Positions 55,801 to 64,000 of a DNA stretch of 64,000 bases are shown piece by piece (position 1 is the stretch's first letter; every line of letters starts with the position of its first letter). Position numbers and translations under genes: made by a program. Under the pieces are notes generated by a model. It had not been told where the DNA came from and did no database searches. It saw only the letters and a program-made list of their open reading frames with translations. This stretch comes from Lama guanicoe (lineage: Eukaryota): assembly GCA_013239625.1 (NCBI GenBank), contig MU054391.1:6345824-6409823 (forward strand). Reading direction: 5' to 3'.

Positions 55801-58800
55801 TTTCTTATGCTTTTTCTAAGCCAGTAATAGAAAATGAAACACAAATTACTAATAATCTTCACAAATAATCTAACAAAGGAGATTAAAACAATAAAACAGC
55901 TTTTGTCCATCAAATGGCAAAGATGAAAAGATGGTTAATATCCGCACTGTGGTAGAGGTTCAAAAAATGTTCTACTCTCATACACTGGTGATTAGTATAA
56001 ATTGTTAAAAATTCTTTGGAACACAATCTGGCAATCTCTTTAAATATGTGATGTTTATACACCTTAAACTTGTATTTCAACTTATACAAATTTATTCTAC
56101 AGAAACACCCCCACAAGTGTACCAAAGACATGAAGAATGTTCACTGCAGCATTGTTTACAAATGGCCAAAAACTGAAAGCTAATGAAATGTCCACTAATA
56201 GGGCAATGGTTAAATGGATGATGGTAAATCATTCTATAGCTCATAAAGAGGATGATGCAGACCTGTAACCACTGATACGGAAAGCTGCCAAAATGTATTA
56301 CAAAGTGAAAGGGAGACTGAGTGCAGCGAGCACGGGTGAGCTCTGCAAAGTACTGCTTCTAATGTGCCCCCACGTCTGTCAGACTCAGCAGTGGCAACGC
56401 TCATACACTGCACAGAAAAAGCGAAGGAATAAGCAGTGACTTCTTTTATCGCAGTGAAGTGCAATCTTAGGGCCTTTCACATTTTATCTTACATATTTCT
56501 ATAATGTTTGTATTTTTTTTTAAGTTTATCTTGTTTGCAATCAGGAAAGGACTGATCTTTAAAGCTAGAAAGCATACTTTAAAAGAAAGGAATGTAGAAG
56601 TTCTATATTTACTGCCATGGATCAAAGCCCAAGATCTCATTTAAAAATAGTATACAGTATACGTATACACATATATTCTATATACAGTAGATATAATATA
56701 TAATTACATATTATATATATAATCTATATTCTGAACATAAAACTGGAGGCTAAGAAATGTGGCTAGTGTGAGTAATGAGACAACCATTGACACAGAACAA
56801 AAGAGACTGGCACGTTTATGTATAAAAGTTCCGTCAAATAAGAAAGTGCTTAGAAAACAGATATAGATGGATAATGATAAGCCAGCAAAAAAATGTATGT
56901 AGACAATACACAGGATATAAGTACCAAAATCACAACCAAAAAAGGTTGAGTAAATGCTGCTCTAAATTATGATACATTAAAAGTTCCCTATATTTTATGG
57001 CTTTTTGATGCAGATGAATACTGTTAACATAAAATATTAGTGATACAAAAAATATTAGTACACAATAGAGAAAATCATTATGATAAAAGTGACCTTTCCT
57101 GGAATTCTCATTCATTGTTGGTGGGAGTATAAAATGATCTGACCACCTTGGAAAAACATCTGGCAATTTGTTATCAAACTAAATATACACCTTCCCTATG
57201 ACAGAGCAATGTCCTCAAAACACACTTGTACAAGATTGTTCATAATGCCTTCCCAATAACAGCTGGAAAAGGAAGACAGTCCAGATGTTCATCAAATGAA
57301 AATTAAATAAACAAAGTGTGGCATATTCCTGTAAGGAAATGCTATTTGGTAATTTTTAAAAAAGAACAAACATATAAGGACATGAATGAACCTCAAACAC
57401 GAACTCCTAAGTGAAGTAAGTCTTATACAACAAGAATACATAGTGTGTGACTGCATTTACATAAAGTTCTAAAACCAGCTACACTTATCTGTCGTGAGAA
57501 AGTAAATCGCAGCAGTGGCTGGCTATGTATGGGTGTGAGCAGGGACTGACTGTGAGGGGCATGAAGGAGATTTCTGGGTGAAAGGAATGTTTTGCATTCT
57601 GGAGGGGTTTGGGCTACACGAGTGGATGCATTTGTTCAAACTCATCAAAGGAAATACTTTAAATCAGTGCATTCCACTGTATGTAAATTTATCTTATTAA
57701 AAAAAAAGAGCCATAAACAAATACTAAACTCTGGTTAATGATGTTCATGCTGAGGTATTTCAGGGTGAAATATACTAATATCTGCAATGTACTCTGAAAT
57801 GCATCAAAAAACCCAGAATGGATTGATGGATGGCAGAGAGATGGATAGACAGATACATGATAAAGCAAATACAGAAAACTACCGAAGAATCTAGGAGGTA
57901 AGTAAATGGTCCTTTCACTCTACAATTTTTTCAATATTTCCACATGTTTAAAAAATGTTAATAATCAAACATTAGGGTAATTTTTAAAAAATGATCTTTC
58001 CCACCACAGCATTTCCTGCTATGAAATGTGTGTAAATCATAATCAAAAAGATGCTTACCAGTGGCTAAAATATACTGTCCATCTTTTGACACCTTAATAG
58101 TGGTACAAACAGTAGGCATTTCAAAATCCTGAATAAGTTCAATTCTTCTACGGACATCTACAAAGAAAGAAAATAAGTAACTGGTTTAACTATCAAGTGC
58201 TTATTCTGTATCACAGGAAGACGAAGTATTCAGAGCAGTCACTACAAACAGGTCAACAATGTCCCAGTGCTTCCAAGCCTTGGGAAAGCACACAACACAG
58301 CCCCGCTCACTACACAGTGATGTTTTCTCTTAGCTCATACATTATTTCACTAAACTATTTTACTTTTTACTTTTCAAAAAGGAAAAAGTATCATCTTTAA
58401 CTGAAAAAAAAAAATGCCTATAGAAGTGCATCAAACATCCAGTTTTAAGCCCTGGATAAAGAGAGACCAGAATAAACATTAAACCACTACTGTTATCCAA
58501 TTATGTCTAAGACAAAAATCTTTATCACTTTTTTCTCCTAAATAATAACAAGTTTTGGGGGGGGAGAGGGTATATAGTTCAGTGGTAGAGTACATGCCTA
58601 ACATGCACAAGGTCGTGGGTTCAACCCCCAGAACCATCATTAAAAATTAAAAAAAAAAAAGATGTTTAAACCTTTAAAATCTTAAGTTTATATAAGCAAC
58701 TGCTACCAAGCTGACTTCTGCCTCATTTTGGCAGCACTGATCTGCAGCCAAGAGGATCCAGGCTAGAAGAAGACTTGGAACAATCTGTCTGGGATCAAAA

Positions 58801-61800
58801 CACCACAACGTACTCTCACAAAAACTGGTTCCCTGCACCAAGAAGTGCAGGTTCTTGCTGGTTGCTATTCTAACAATGTGCCCATTGCAAGGGCTGTTTA
58901 TCACTCTATGACATATTATTGCCTTGTTCATTCAATCCGTAAGATTCAAACCAATTGAGCAGGAATGGCCTACTCAATTTGGAAGACATGACAATTTTGA
59001 GATGGGTTAGAACAGTCAGTGATTAATTTTTCCATCAAATAATCTGAATCTGTTTTCTCACACTAAAACACTGAAGTAGAATGAGAGAATCAGTAGAAAT
59101 CAAAATGAGTAAGCACTGCTAAAACAAGTGTTTTCCTTCAACTTAAAGTTTTAATTATCTAATTTTACTACTATATAAAGCCAACTTTTCCAAGATGTTT
59201 GGGGTATTTATCTCACATCCAGACACTTCTTTAATATCTAAGGTCTTTGATTTTTAGAAAATAATTTGAACAAAATATATGGGAAGCTAAGTCAGCTTTC
59301 ATATATGACAAATTGTAATAGAGAAAATTGAATGAAATTTGTCCAAAATGATTTAAGTTAAAAACTAATCTTACTAACCTATCTTCCTTGCTACCATAAC
59401 TTGAAGAATCAAAATCTTCCACAATGATCTTCTTTTGTTCATGTTCACATGTCTTCTATGTAAAATTACTTTGTTCAGAAAGAAAATGTTCATTGTCTCT
59501 ATATCTCAAAAACTGACAAGTAGATTTAACAAATGGACAAAGATTTTGAAACACTAGGAAACAAAGCAAGTATGGAACCATTAGGAGAGATCGTCCTTCT
59601 AGGACCTCTTGCATTCTGGCACATCTCGCTAGGTATGGAAAGACTGCAAGCCCTGGCTACTCCCTAACCTAACCATTTCTCAGGGTAATTTATGCAGCTG
59701 GGAACCTTGACAGGTGAGCCTCCTCTAGACAAAAACCAGGCCTGCTTACTGCTTGCTTTAAAAGCAGTGACTTCCCGAGTTCAGTGGTCCTCAATTGCAA
59801 CACAAACCCACTGCATGCAGAACATCCACCTGGGCCACACCAAGTACTGCCATGGAACTCAGGGCGAGGGGAGCTAAGAGAAGAATGCTGGGACTCGTGC
59901 CATTTGCTGTGCATGTAATGGAGTCCCTGTCTGTGACCCGTGAGTCTTAAGTCTTCTGCTATTATCCATGAAACAGTAACAGGCCACTTTTACCTTTATG
60001 TAAGTAGGTAAAATTAAACACTACACCCACAGGACTGTATCAACCACAACAGAACATTTCCTGAGAAGGAAAAGAGCAAAAAGTTTACTTTCTACTGTAT
60101 TAATTCCACTGCATCTTTGTAAGCTTTCACTAAATATGGTAACAATAAATGAGTTAAAAGCAGTATAATATAGATAACAAACGTAGCTGAAACGAAAAAA
60201 CATAATACTCACCAACATCTTTCTTCTGCAGGGCTCTCTTCTTCCTGTCAGAAAGCCACTTAAGGAAAATGAAGAGACTTTATTTTCAAACATATTTACT
60301 CGCACTGTTTTTCTGCTTACAAAAATAATACATGCTTATATTAAAAAAATTGAAAACTTACAGGAATATACAGCATAGAAAATGAAAATACTCTATATAT
60401 AATCCTAATCCTATTGTTAATGTATCCTGGTATACAAATTTTTTTTTTTGGTATCTATTTATATACACTAGACAATAAATTTTTAGAACTATTATGTTTT
60501 GCACGAGAGAAAACTAGTTCATCTGATCAATCTAAGGGAAAGCAGTAAGCCTCAAATATTATGGGTTATAATTAATAGATGTAACAACTGTATTTAACTG
60601 AAACTTTAAAAAGCAAAACAATAAATGGAGAAAGTTTCTTTAAAAATACATTTTTTACAAAAAATAGAACTAGATAAATAACTGACCAAATAGCTGACAC
60701 TTGATAATAAAAAATTGAAACTTTTAAAAGTCATATTCACTGATACCAGATTTTGTTCTGTAACTACCTCATTTTAGCTAACAGGAAGTCCACTGCCTGA
60801 ACAGGTGCCAATGATGAAGCACTAAACAATTATGATTACCTTAAAGCAAGGATTCTCAACCTCAATTTTGCCCCCAAAGGGCACCTGGCAATTCTTAAAT
60901 ACATATTTTGTTGCCACAATGGAGAGGGATGGGTGCTCCTGGCATCTGAGCACATCATTGCTACAACCATGCCTCTTCTGTCTCTCCAGTGTGTCAAGTG
61001 CATTCCCACTGTGGGCCATTTACACTTTCTGTTCTCTCAGCACTGAAACTCTTCCTTTCCCTGTATCTTCACATGACCGGCTCCTTGTCATCATCCAAGT
61101 TTCTGCTCAAATGTCACCTCTGGTAGAGAGGCCTTCCCTGAAGGCTTCAGTCCAAACACTTTCTCTGAACACTTCATCCACAACAGCTCTCACAGACACT
61201 TGGCACTCAAAGCACTTATCGGTATCCGAAGTTCTTCTACTTGCTTATTTATTATTCTTTTCCCCAACAGGGACCCTTATCTGACATGTTCATCATGTAT
61301 CCAACACAGAACCGGGCTGCCTGCGCGCATTCACTTCTCAGCAAATGCGCAGCATGAAAGTACTAAAATGAGAAAGATCCTGTTGTGTGACAAACAGCTG
61401 GAGAACAAGGAGTTGCTTAAATTGAATTCTGAGAAGAATTTAATCATGGCTCCAAAGCTTTTTAGAGTCAGACACAAGGAAGAGTTACATTTATTCTGAT
61501 TCCCAAGAGCAGAACTCAGACCCACACCAGCATGCAAGAAAGTGGCATGTTTTAAATCAACGCTCTCACAGGTAGTCTCAAAACGTAAATGAGCTTCCGC
61601 AAAGTTTCCTCTCAATGGCAGTGCTTCGAGAGTGGCCTGACTGACTATCGCTAATAAGAAATAAAATCCAAGCTTCAGAGCCTACGTGTCTGACAGTGGA
61701 CAAGTCACCCTTCCCCTCGCTGGATCCTTTGCATACTTTAAACATGAAAAGATTGGAAGAGAATCAGTGATTTTCCAAGCATCTTCCAATTCTGATGTCC

Positions 61801-62368
61801 TAAGATTCCACGAAATCAAGTTAAGTTCAGCAAGGTTCAAAAATACTGCCGTCTACACTATAAATTCAGCAGACTCAAAGTACGCATTTCTCTTCACTGC
61901 TGTATTTCCAGAACTTGACATATAACAGGAATTCAATAAACAGCTGATAAGGGGGCATTAAAACGGAAGAGAAGTATCTGCCATCCAATCTGTCCACGTT
62001 TTCCTCCTCGGTGTGGCAGTAGCTGTGAACATCCATAAAGACCCAAAGGAACACCTCTTCTCTTCTAGAGAAACTTAGCCAAAAAAAGTTCAAGCAAAGC
62101 TCATAGACCCTGGTCACCCCCTCGGCCTAGCTTCTGCCGCGGTGACAGCAATGTCCTCGTCTCCCAGCACCGACCAGCTCCGCCGGGCACCGTCACTCGC
62201 CTGTGGGCCTCCCCAAGTCTGAGGCTGGCGCGGGCCCAGTTGAAACAAGCCCGGGACAGGGCCGAGGAGAGGGGCGGTTGCCCGGCGAGGAGAAGGACTC
62301 ACCTCGGGAAGGGACTTGCCGCAGCTGAGGCTGTAAATCTTAACCTCGTTGAGGCTGGAGACCTGCAT
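3597..62368 (-). CDS. NOL10: Nucleolar protein 10, coding exons 1-14 (5' partial gene; continues off the left edge)
   Basis: 14 exons splice with GT-AG ends and matching phases into one ORF of 1153 nt, [53 protein letters not shown]...[42 protein letters not shown], which I recognise as NOL10/Enp2. Confidence 0.98.
10413..10715 (+). mobile_element. Tigger1-derived non-autonomous TcMar element (internally deleted)
   Basis: Termini CAGGCG..ACCTCATTTTAT and TCCGAGGTATACCTG resemble Tigger1 TIRs, preceded by TA; internal GGGAAACCAAAAAATTCGTGTGACTCACTTTATTGC. Confidence 0.85.
10835..11370 (-). mobile_element. L2 LINE 3' fragment
   Basis: CATTCATTTATTTAATAAATA...GCAGTGAACAAAACAAG...TGCAAAGGCCTTGAGG...GCAGAGGAGTGACATGATCCGACTT. 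Confidence 0.8.
11936..12324. mobile_element. 5'-inverted (twin-primed) truncated L1 insertion
   Basis: 11936-12114 is minus-strand L1 ORF2 3' sequence; 12115-12324 is a plus-strand 3' tail with poly(A); TSD aaaaaaa(g/a)ttctg at 11923-11935 and 12317-12329. Confidence 0.75.
14462..16855 (+). pseudogene. L1 ORF2 remnant (endonuclease to RT start, fused to C-terminal segment)
   Basis: Starts [20 protein letters not shown]; multiple frameshifts/stops; span ~2.4 kb versus ~3.8 kb for an intact ORF2. Confidence 0.9.
16858..16890. repeat. (TAA)n microsatellite just after the L1 ORF2 stop
   Basis: About 11 perfect TAA units. Confidence 0.95.
19648..19860. mobile_element. hAT-Charlie MITE (MER3-like)
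   Basis: CCACTAGCCACATGTGGCTATTTAAATTTAAATTAA...CACATTTCAAGTGCTCAG...GTTGGACAG. Confidence 0.8.
21640..22465 (+). mobile_element. Old L1M 3' fragment (ORF2 C-terminus + 3'UTR)
   Basis: ATTAGAATGGCTAAAATCCAAAACAC...CACACAAAAACATGCAC...CATCATACATTTGTCAAAACCCACAGAATG...AAAACTGCTCTAAAAAAATAAAGTC. Confidence 0.85.
24997..25078 (-). mobile_element. tRNA-Ala-derived SINE (Vic-type), head only
   Basis: Reverse complement reads GGGAGGGTATAGCTCAGTGATAGAGTACATGCCTAGCATGCATGAGGTCCTGGGTTCAATCCTCAGTACCTCCC. Confidence 0.87.
25205..25771 (+). mobile_element. ERV1-type solo LTR (567 bp)
   Basis: TG...CA ends; 4-bp TSD caag/cgag; TATAAA 25589-25594; AATAAA 25661-25666; six ATTGG boxes in U3. Confidence 0.88.
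25932..26080 (+). mobile_element. tRNA-Ala-derived SINE (Vic-type)
   Basis: Same head; (AAAC)n linker and C-rich/A-rich tail; TSD-like taaaa(a/t)t(c/-)agattttt on both sides. Confidence 0.87.
28038..28270. mobile_element. hAT-Charlie MITE (MER58A-like)
   Basis: CAAACTTTTTCT...CTCTGTCACAACTACTCAACTCTG...GTGTTCTAATAAAACTTT...TTGCCAACCCC. Confidence 0.8.
29020..29870 (-). mobile_element. L2 LINE fragment
   Basis: GAGTGATGTATTCTGATTTG...TCTATTAGACATCCAAGTGGAG...GGGAAGAAAACCAGGAGAATGTGGTGTCC. Confidence 0.75.
35673..35725 (-). CDS. NOL10: NOL10 exon 13 (53 nt, [18 protein letters not shown])
   Basis: acceptor tttttag|GA; donor CCA|GTAAGT; phase 1->0. Confidence 0.96.
40366..40725. mobile_element. 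hAT-Charlie MITE (MER33-like) containing an AT-only tandem duplication
   Basis: CAGCGCTGCC...GCCACATATGTGACTTAAAATTTCCTAATAG...GTGGCCACATGTGGCTGGTGGC. Confidence 0.75.
41159..41298. repeat. (GGGGA)n polypurine tract spanning an assembly gap (N at 41214-41268, 55 nt)
   Basis: Directly visible. Confidence 0.95.
43028..43094 (-). CDS. NOL10: NOL10 exon 12 (67 nt, [22 protein letters not shown])
   Basis: acceptor gttttag|GGA; donor CAG|GTATGC; phase 0->1. Confidence 0.96.
44706..44858 (+). mobile_element. Short 5'-truncated L1 3' end with poly(A)
   Basis: GAATATATGTATGTTCACGTATAACTGAAAAATTATGCTCTACACTGGAA...poly(A); TSD-like aaaagta(a)tggt on both sides. Confidence 0.72.
45627..45806 (+). mobile_element. 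Short 5'-truncated L1 3' end with poly(A)
   Basis: GATAAACAAG...GTACACCAGAAATTGACACATTGTAAACTGACTATTCTTCAATTAAAAAAAAA; TSD-like ...attagg on both sides. Confidence 0.78.
45857..46006 (-). CDS. NOL10: NOL10 exon 11 (150 nt, [50 protein letters not shown])
   Basis: acceptor ccctttag|GTT; donor TCA|GTATGT; phase 0->0. Confidence 0.97.
47236..47314 (-). CDS. NOL10: NOL10 exon 10 (79 nt, [27 protein letters not shown])
   Basis: acceptor ttttcag|G; donor CAG|GTAAAT; overlaps ORF 47104..47367. Confidence 0.96.
48638..48723 (-). CDS. NOL10: NOL10 exon 9 (86 nt, [28 protein letters not shown])
   Basis: acceptor aatttag|GGT; donor GA|GTAAGT; phase 0->2. Confidence 0.96.
50620..50680 (-). CDS. NOL10: NOL10 exon 8 (61 nt, [21 protein letters not shown])
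   Basis: acceptor ttgtag|G; donor GAG|GTAAGC; phase 2->0. Confidence 0.96.
51435..51640 (+). mobile_element. MIR SINE
   Basis: GCTGTGTGACCTTGAACAAG...GCCTCAGCTGTCCTATCTGTAAGATGGAGATAATAATAGTACC. Confidence 0.8.
52121..52186 (-). CDS. NOL10: NOL10 exon 7 (66 nt, [22 protein letters not shown])
   Basis: acceptor ttttgcag|C; donor GC|GTAAGT; phase 2->2. Confidence 0.96.
52916..53052 (-). CDS. NOL10: NOL10 exon 6 (137 nt, [45 protein letters not shown])
   Basis: acceptor ttttcag|ATT; donor AG|GTATTG; overlaps ORF 52849..53049. Confidence 0.97.
53110..53137. repeat. (ATC)n microsatellite ~60 nt upstream (transcript sense) of exon 6
   Basis: atcatcatcatcatcattatcatcatt. Confidence 0.9.
54307..54344 (-). 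CDS. NOL10: NOL10 exon 5 (38 nt, [13 protein letters not shown])
   Basis: acceptor ttttacag|TT; donor AAG|GTATGC; phase 1->0. Confidence 0.95.
54916..55485 (+). mobile_element. MaLR LTR (MLT1-like)
   Basis: TG start, AATTCTAAGAATG..., 3' end TATGGTAATTTGTTACAC...GAAAACTAATACA typical of MLT1. Confidence 0.82.
55565..55642 (-). CDS. NOL10: NOL10 exon 4 (78 nt, [26 protein letters not shown])
   Basis: acceptor ttttacag|GA; donor G|GTAAGA; phase 1->1. Confidence 0.97.
55895..56330 (+). mobile_element. Old L1M 3' fragment
   Basis: AATGGCAAAGATGAAAAG...GAATGTTCACTGCAGCATTGTTTAC...AAATGTCCACTAATAGGG. Confidence 0.7.
57100..57975 (+). mobile_element. Old L1M 3' fragment
   Basis: GGAATTCTCATTCATTGTTGGTGGGAGTATAAAATG...GGACATGAATGAACCTCAAAC...GAATGGATTGATGGATGG. 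Confidence 0.75.
58059..58157 (-). CDS. NOL10: NOL10 exon 3 (99 nt, [33 protein letters not shown])
   Basis: acceptor tttgtag|AT; donor G|GTAAGC; phase 1->1. Confidence 0.97.
58557..58660 (+). mobile_element. tRNA-Ala-derived SINE (Vic-type)
   Basis: G-run, GGGTATATAGTTCAGTGGTAGAG...GGGTTCAACCCC, poly(A). Confidence 0.85.
59580..60031 (+). mobile_element. Old ERVL-type LTR (LTR40/LTR41-like)
   Basis: CTCTTGCATTCTGGCACATC...GCTTACTGC...AACCCACTGCATGCAG...ATCCATGAAAC...GTAAGTAGGTAAAAT resembles the recalled consensus. Confidence 0.6.
60213..60258 (-). CDS. NOL10: NOL10 exon 2 (46 nt, [15 protein letters not shown])
   Basis: acceptor ttttccttaag|TGG; donor G|GTGAGT; phase 0->1. Confidence 0.96.
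60845..60952. mobile_element. MER20-like hAT fragment
   Basis: GATTCTCAACC...TTTTGCCCCCAAAGGGCACCTGGCAAT...GGTGCTCCTGGCATCTGAG. Confidence 0.65.
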
Positions 62369-62800
62369 GGCGGTGGCGCCGAGGGTCGGAGACCCCTGCT
62401 TCAGTCCAGGACCCTCTCCCCGCAGCGCACGCCAGGATCACAAACCAAGCGCTTCCATGGGCGCCGCGGCAGCGTGGGGCGCAGGCGTGGGGCGCAGGTT
62501 GATGACGCACTTCCTGGCGCGGGAAAAGCGCCGGTCCCGGAAAAGGGAAAGTGGCTGAGCTAGGGAAGAGCAGCGGTTGGAAGGAAAGCCGTTGAGGCTT
62601 AGGGAGGTAGAGAGGCCGGGGGGCCACCTTAATATGGAGGAGGGCCAAAAACCTCTCTCCCTCTTCTCAACAGGGAGGGTCAGGAAGCCCTTAGGTCCGG
62701 TGCCTGGGTCGTTCGCACGGAAAGGCTCCCGACCCAGGGAGGGCGGTGTTGGATGAGCTGAACCAGGTCCTTGGGAGCTCCGTCAGGGAACCTACGGAGA
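62120..62800 (-). promoter_or_regulatory. CpG-island promoter / 5' UTR of NOL10
   Basis: Sharp GC/CpG enrichment around exon 1; E2F-type site TTTTCCCGCGCC (minus strand, 62516-62527); ETS+CRE-half composite GGAAGTGCGTCA (minus, 62503-62514); no TATA box seen. Confidence 0.88.
62303..62368 (-). CDS. NOL10: NOL10 exon 1 coding part (66 nt, [22 protein letters not shown])
   Basis: ATG in context gccaccgccATG; donor GAG|GTGAGT. Confidence 0.97.
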
Positions 62801-62942
62801 GAGTGTGGCCTTTGAGCGAATTCAGAATGAAAGTGTATTCCTTTCTCGCCAGTGTTTCTGCTACATTACATTAGAAAAAAATATTTTAAAAATTTGGTGT
62901 ATTAAATGATATTTTTCACCTGGATTTGTTTGAGGTTCATCC

Positions 62943-63290
62943 TGTAGGGAACCCAAATCTGCCACCCCAAAATGTCTCTTTGGCATGCAGATTATTTTGA
63001 GGTGAAAACAGGTCCAAAAGACTGAGGAGAAACTTTGGCCTTCCCCTTGACTGCCTAAAGAAATGTAGGTAGAAGACCTGTTCTAGAAGGGAGCTGTCAC
63101 CATAGATAGCTATAGTATGAACTAGGTGTGGTAGACAGGAACCCAGCAAAATCTGTTAAAATTCCTCTCTCTGTCCCATTGCCTCTGCATGGCCCAGAGC
63201 TAGCAGTAGTTTACCAAGCATTTGCTTTTTTTTTCTTTTTCATCACATGTAATAAGGCTATGTATTACTTTTTGAAGCTGTTTTTTCAAT
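62943..63290 (+). mobile_element. ERV1 LTR fragment (MER34-like) upstream of the NOL10 promoter
   Basis: TGTAGGG...TGCCACCCCAAAATGTCTCTTTGGCATG..GATTATTTTGAG start typical of the MER34 family. Confidence 0.7.
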
Positions 63291-63639
63291 TATACATTTG
63301 CGGGGGGTGGATGCAGGTGTGAATATATGCACAAATATAGTGGGCCATGATATAAAATACGGGCTGTGGTATACAAATGGAATACACTGCTCTAACAGAT
63401 GATTAGGGTCTTTAGATTAAGGGGAAATCTCTGTGCCTATGCAACACTAAACAGCTGTGGGAATAAAATTGTCAAACACTGGATGTTTCTAAAACATCTC
63501 TACACTTAACAGCATGTTGACAAAATATCTGAATGTCTGATTGTCCATTCCTCTTCTCTTCTGGTGTTTAATAAAACAGCCATAGGTTGTGGTTCAGAGA
63601 TGCCAATTCTAGCAACAATTTTATGTACATTTTAATAAA

Positions 63640-64000
63640 CTTTTAAAATTGAAGTATAGTTGATTTACAATATTATGTTAGTTTCATGTATACAGAAAAG
63701 TAGTTCAGTTATATGTGTGTACATATATTTTTTCTGATAATTTTCCATTTAGATTATTATAAGATAATGAATATAGTTCCCCATGCTACACAGTAGGTCC
63801 TTATTGTTTAACTATTTTGTGTATAGTAGTGTGTACCTGTTAATCCCAAACTCCTAATTTATCCCTCCCTCCTTTCCCCTTTGGTAACCATAAGTTTGTC
63901 TTCAATGTCTTTGAGTCCATCTCTGTTTTGTAAATAAGTTCAATTGTATCAATTTTTTAGATTCTACATATAAATGATATCGTATGATATTTGTCTTTCT
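63640..64000 (-). mobile_element. L1 3' end (artiodactyl-type 3'UTR), runs off the window
   Basis: TTGAAGTATAGTTGATTTACAATATT...CCCTTTGGTAACCATAAGTTTG...TTTTAGATTCTACATATAAATGATAT. Confidence 0.88.

Noticed and set aside
60259..60272. U12-type branch-site look-alike (TTCCTTAAG) at the exon 2 acceptor
   Set aside because: It overlaps the AG itself and the intron 1 donor is GTGAGT (U2). None of the GTAT donors (exons 5, 6, 11, 12) has the U12 GTATCCTT consensus

Overview
Mammalian genomic DNA, most likely camelid given four copies of a tRNA-Ala-derived Vic-type SINE. The window holds the 5' part of NOL10 (nucleolar protein 10, the WD40-like small-subunit processome factor orthologous to yeast Enp2) on the minus strand. 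Its CpG-island promoter lies at ~62.1-62.8 kb, and coding exons 1-14 run from 62368 down to 3597. All have GT-AG boundaries with consistent phases and total 1153 nt (384 codons + 1 nt); the gene continues beyond position 1. Intron 13 is ~32 kb. It contains a nested LINE-1 cluster: an RT-deleted near-full-length L1 and a 5'-inverted L1 that share an atypical ~210-bp 3' tail. It also contains an ERV1-type solo LTR with a CCAAT/octamer array, flanked by an inverted SINE pair, plus many old MIR/L2/MER relics. There is one 55-N assembly gap. I found no convincing novel gene system; the most interesting signals are retroelement architecture and candidate regulatory elements. Repeat family names are from recall of consensus sequences, not from a search.
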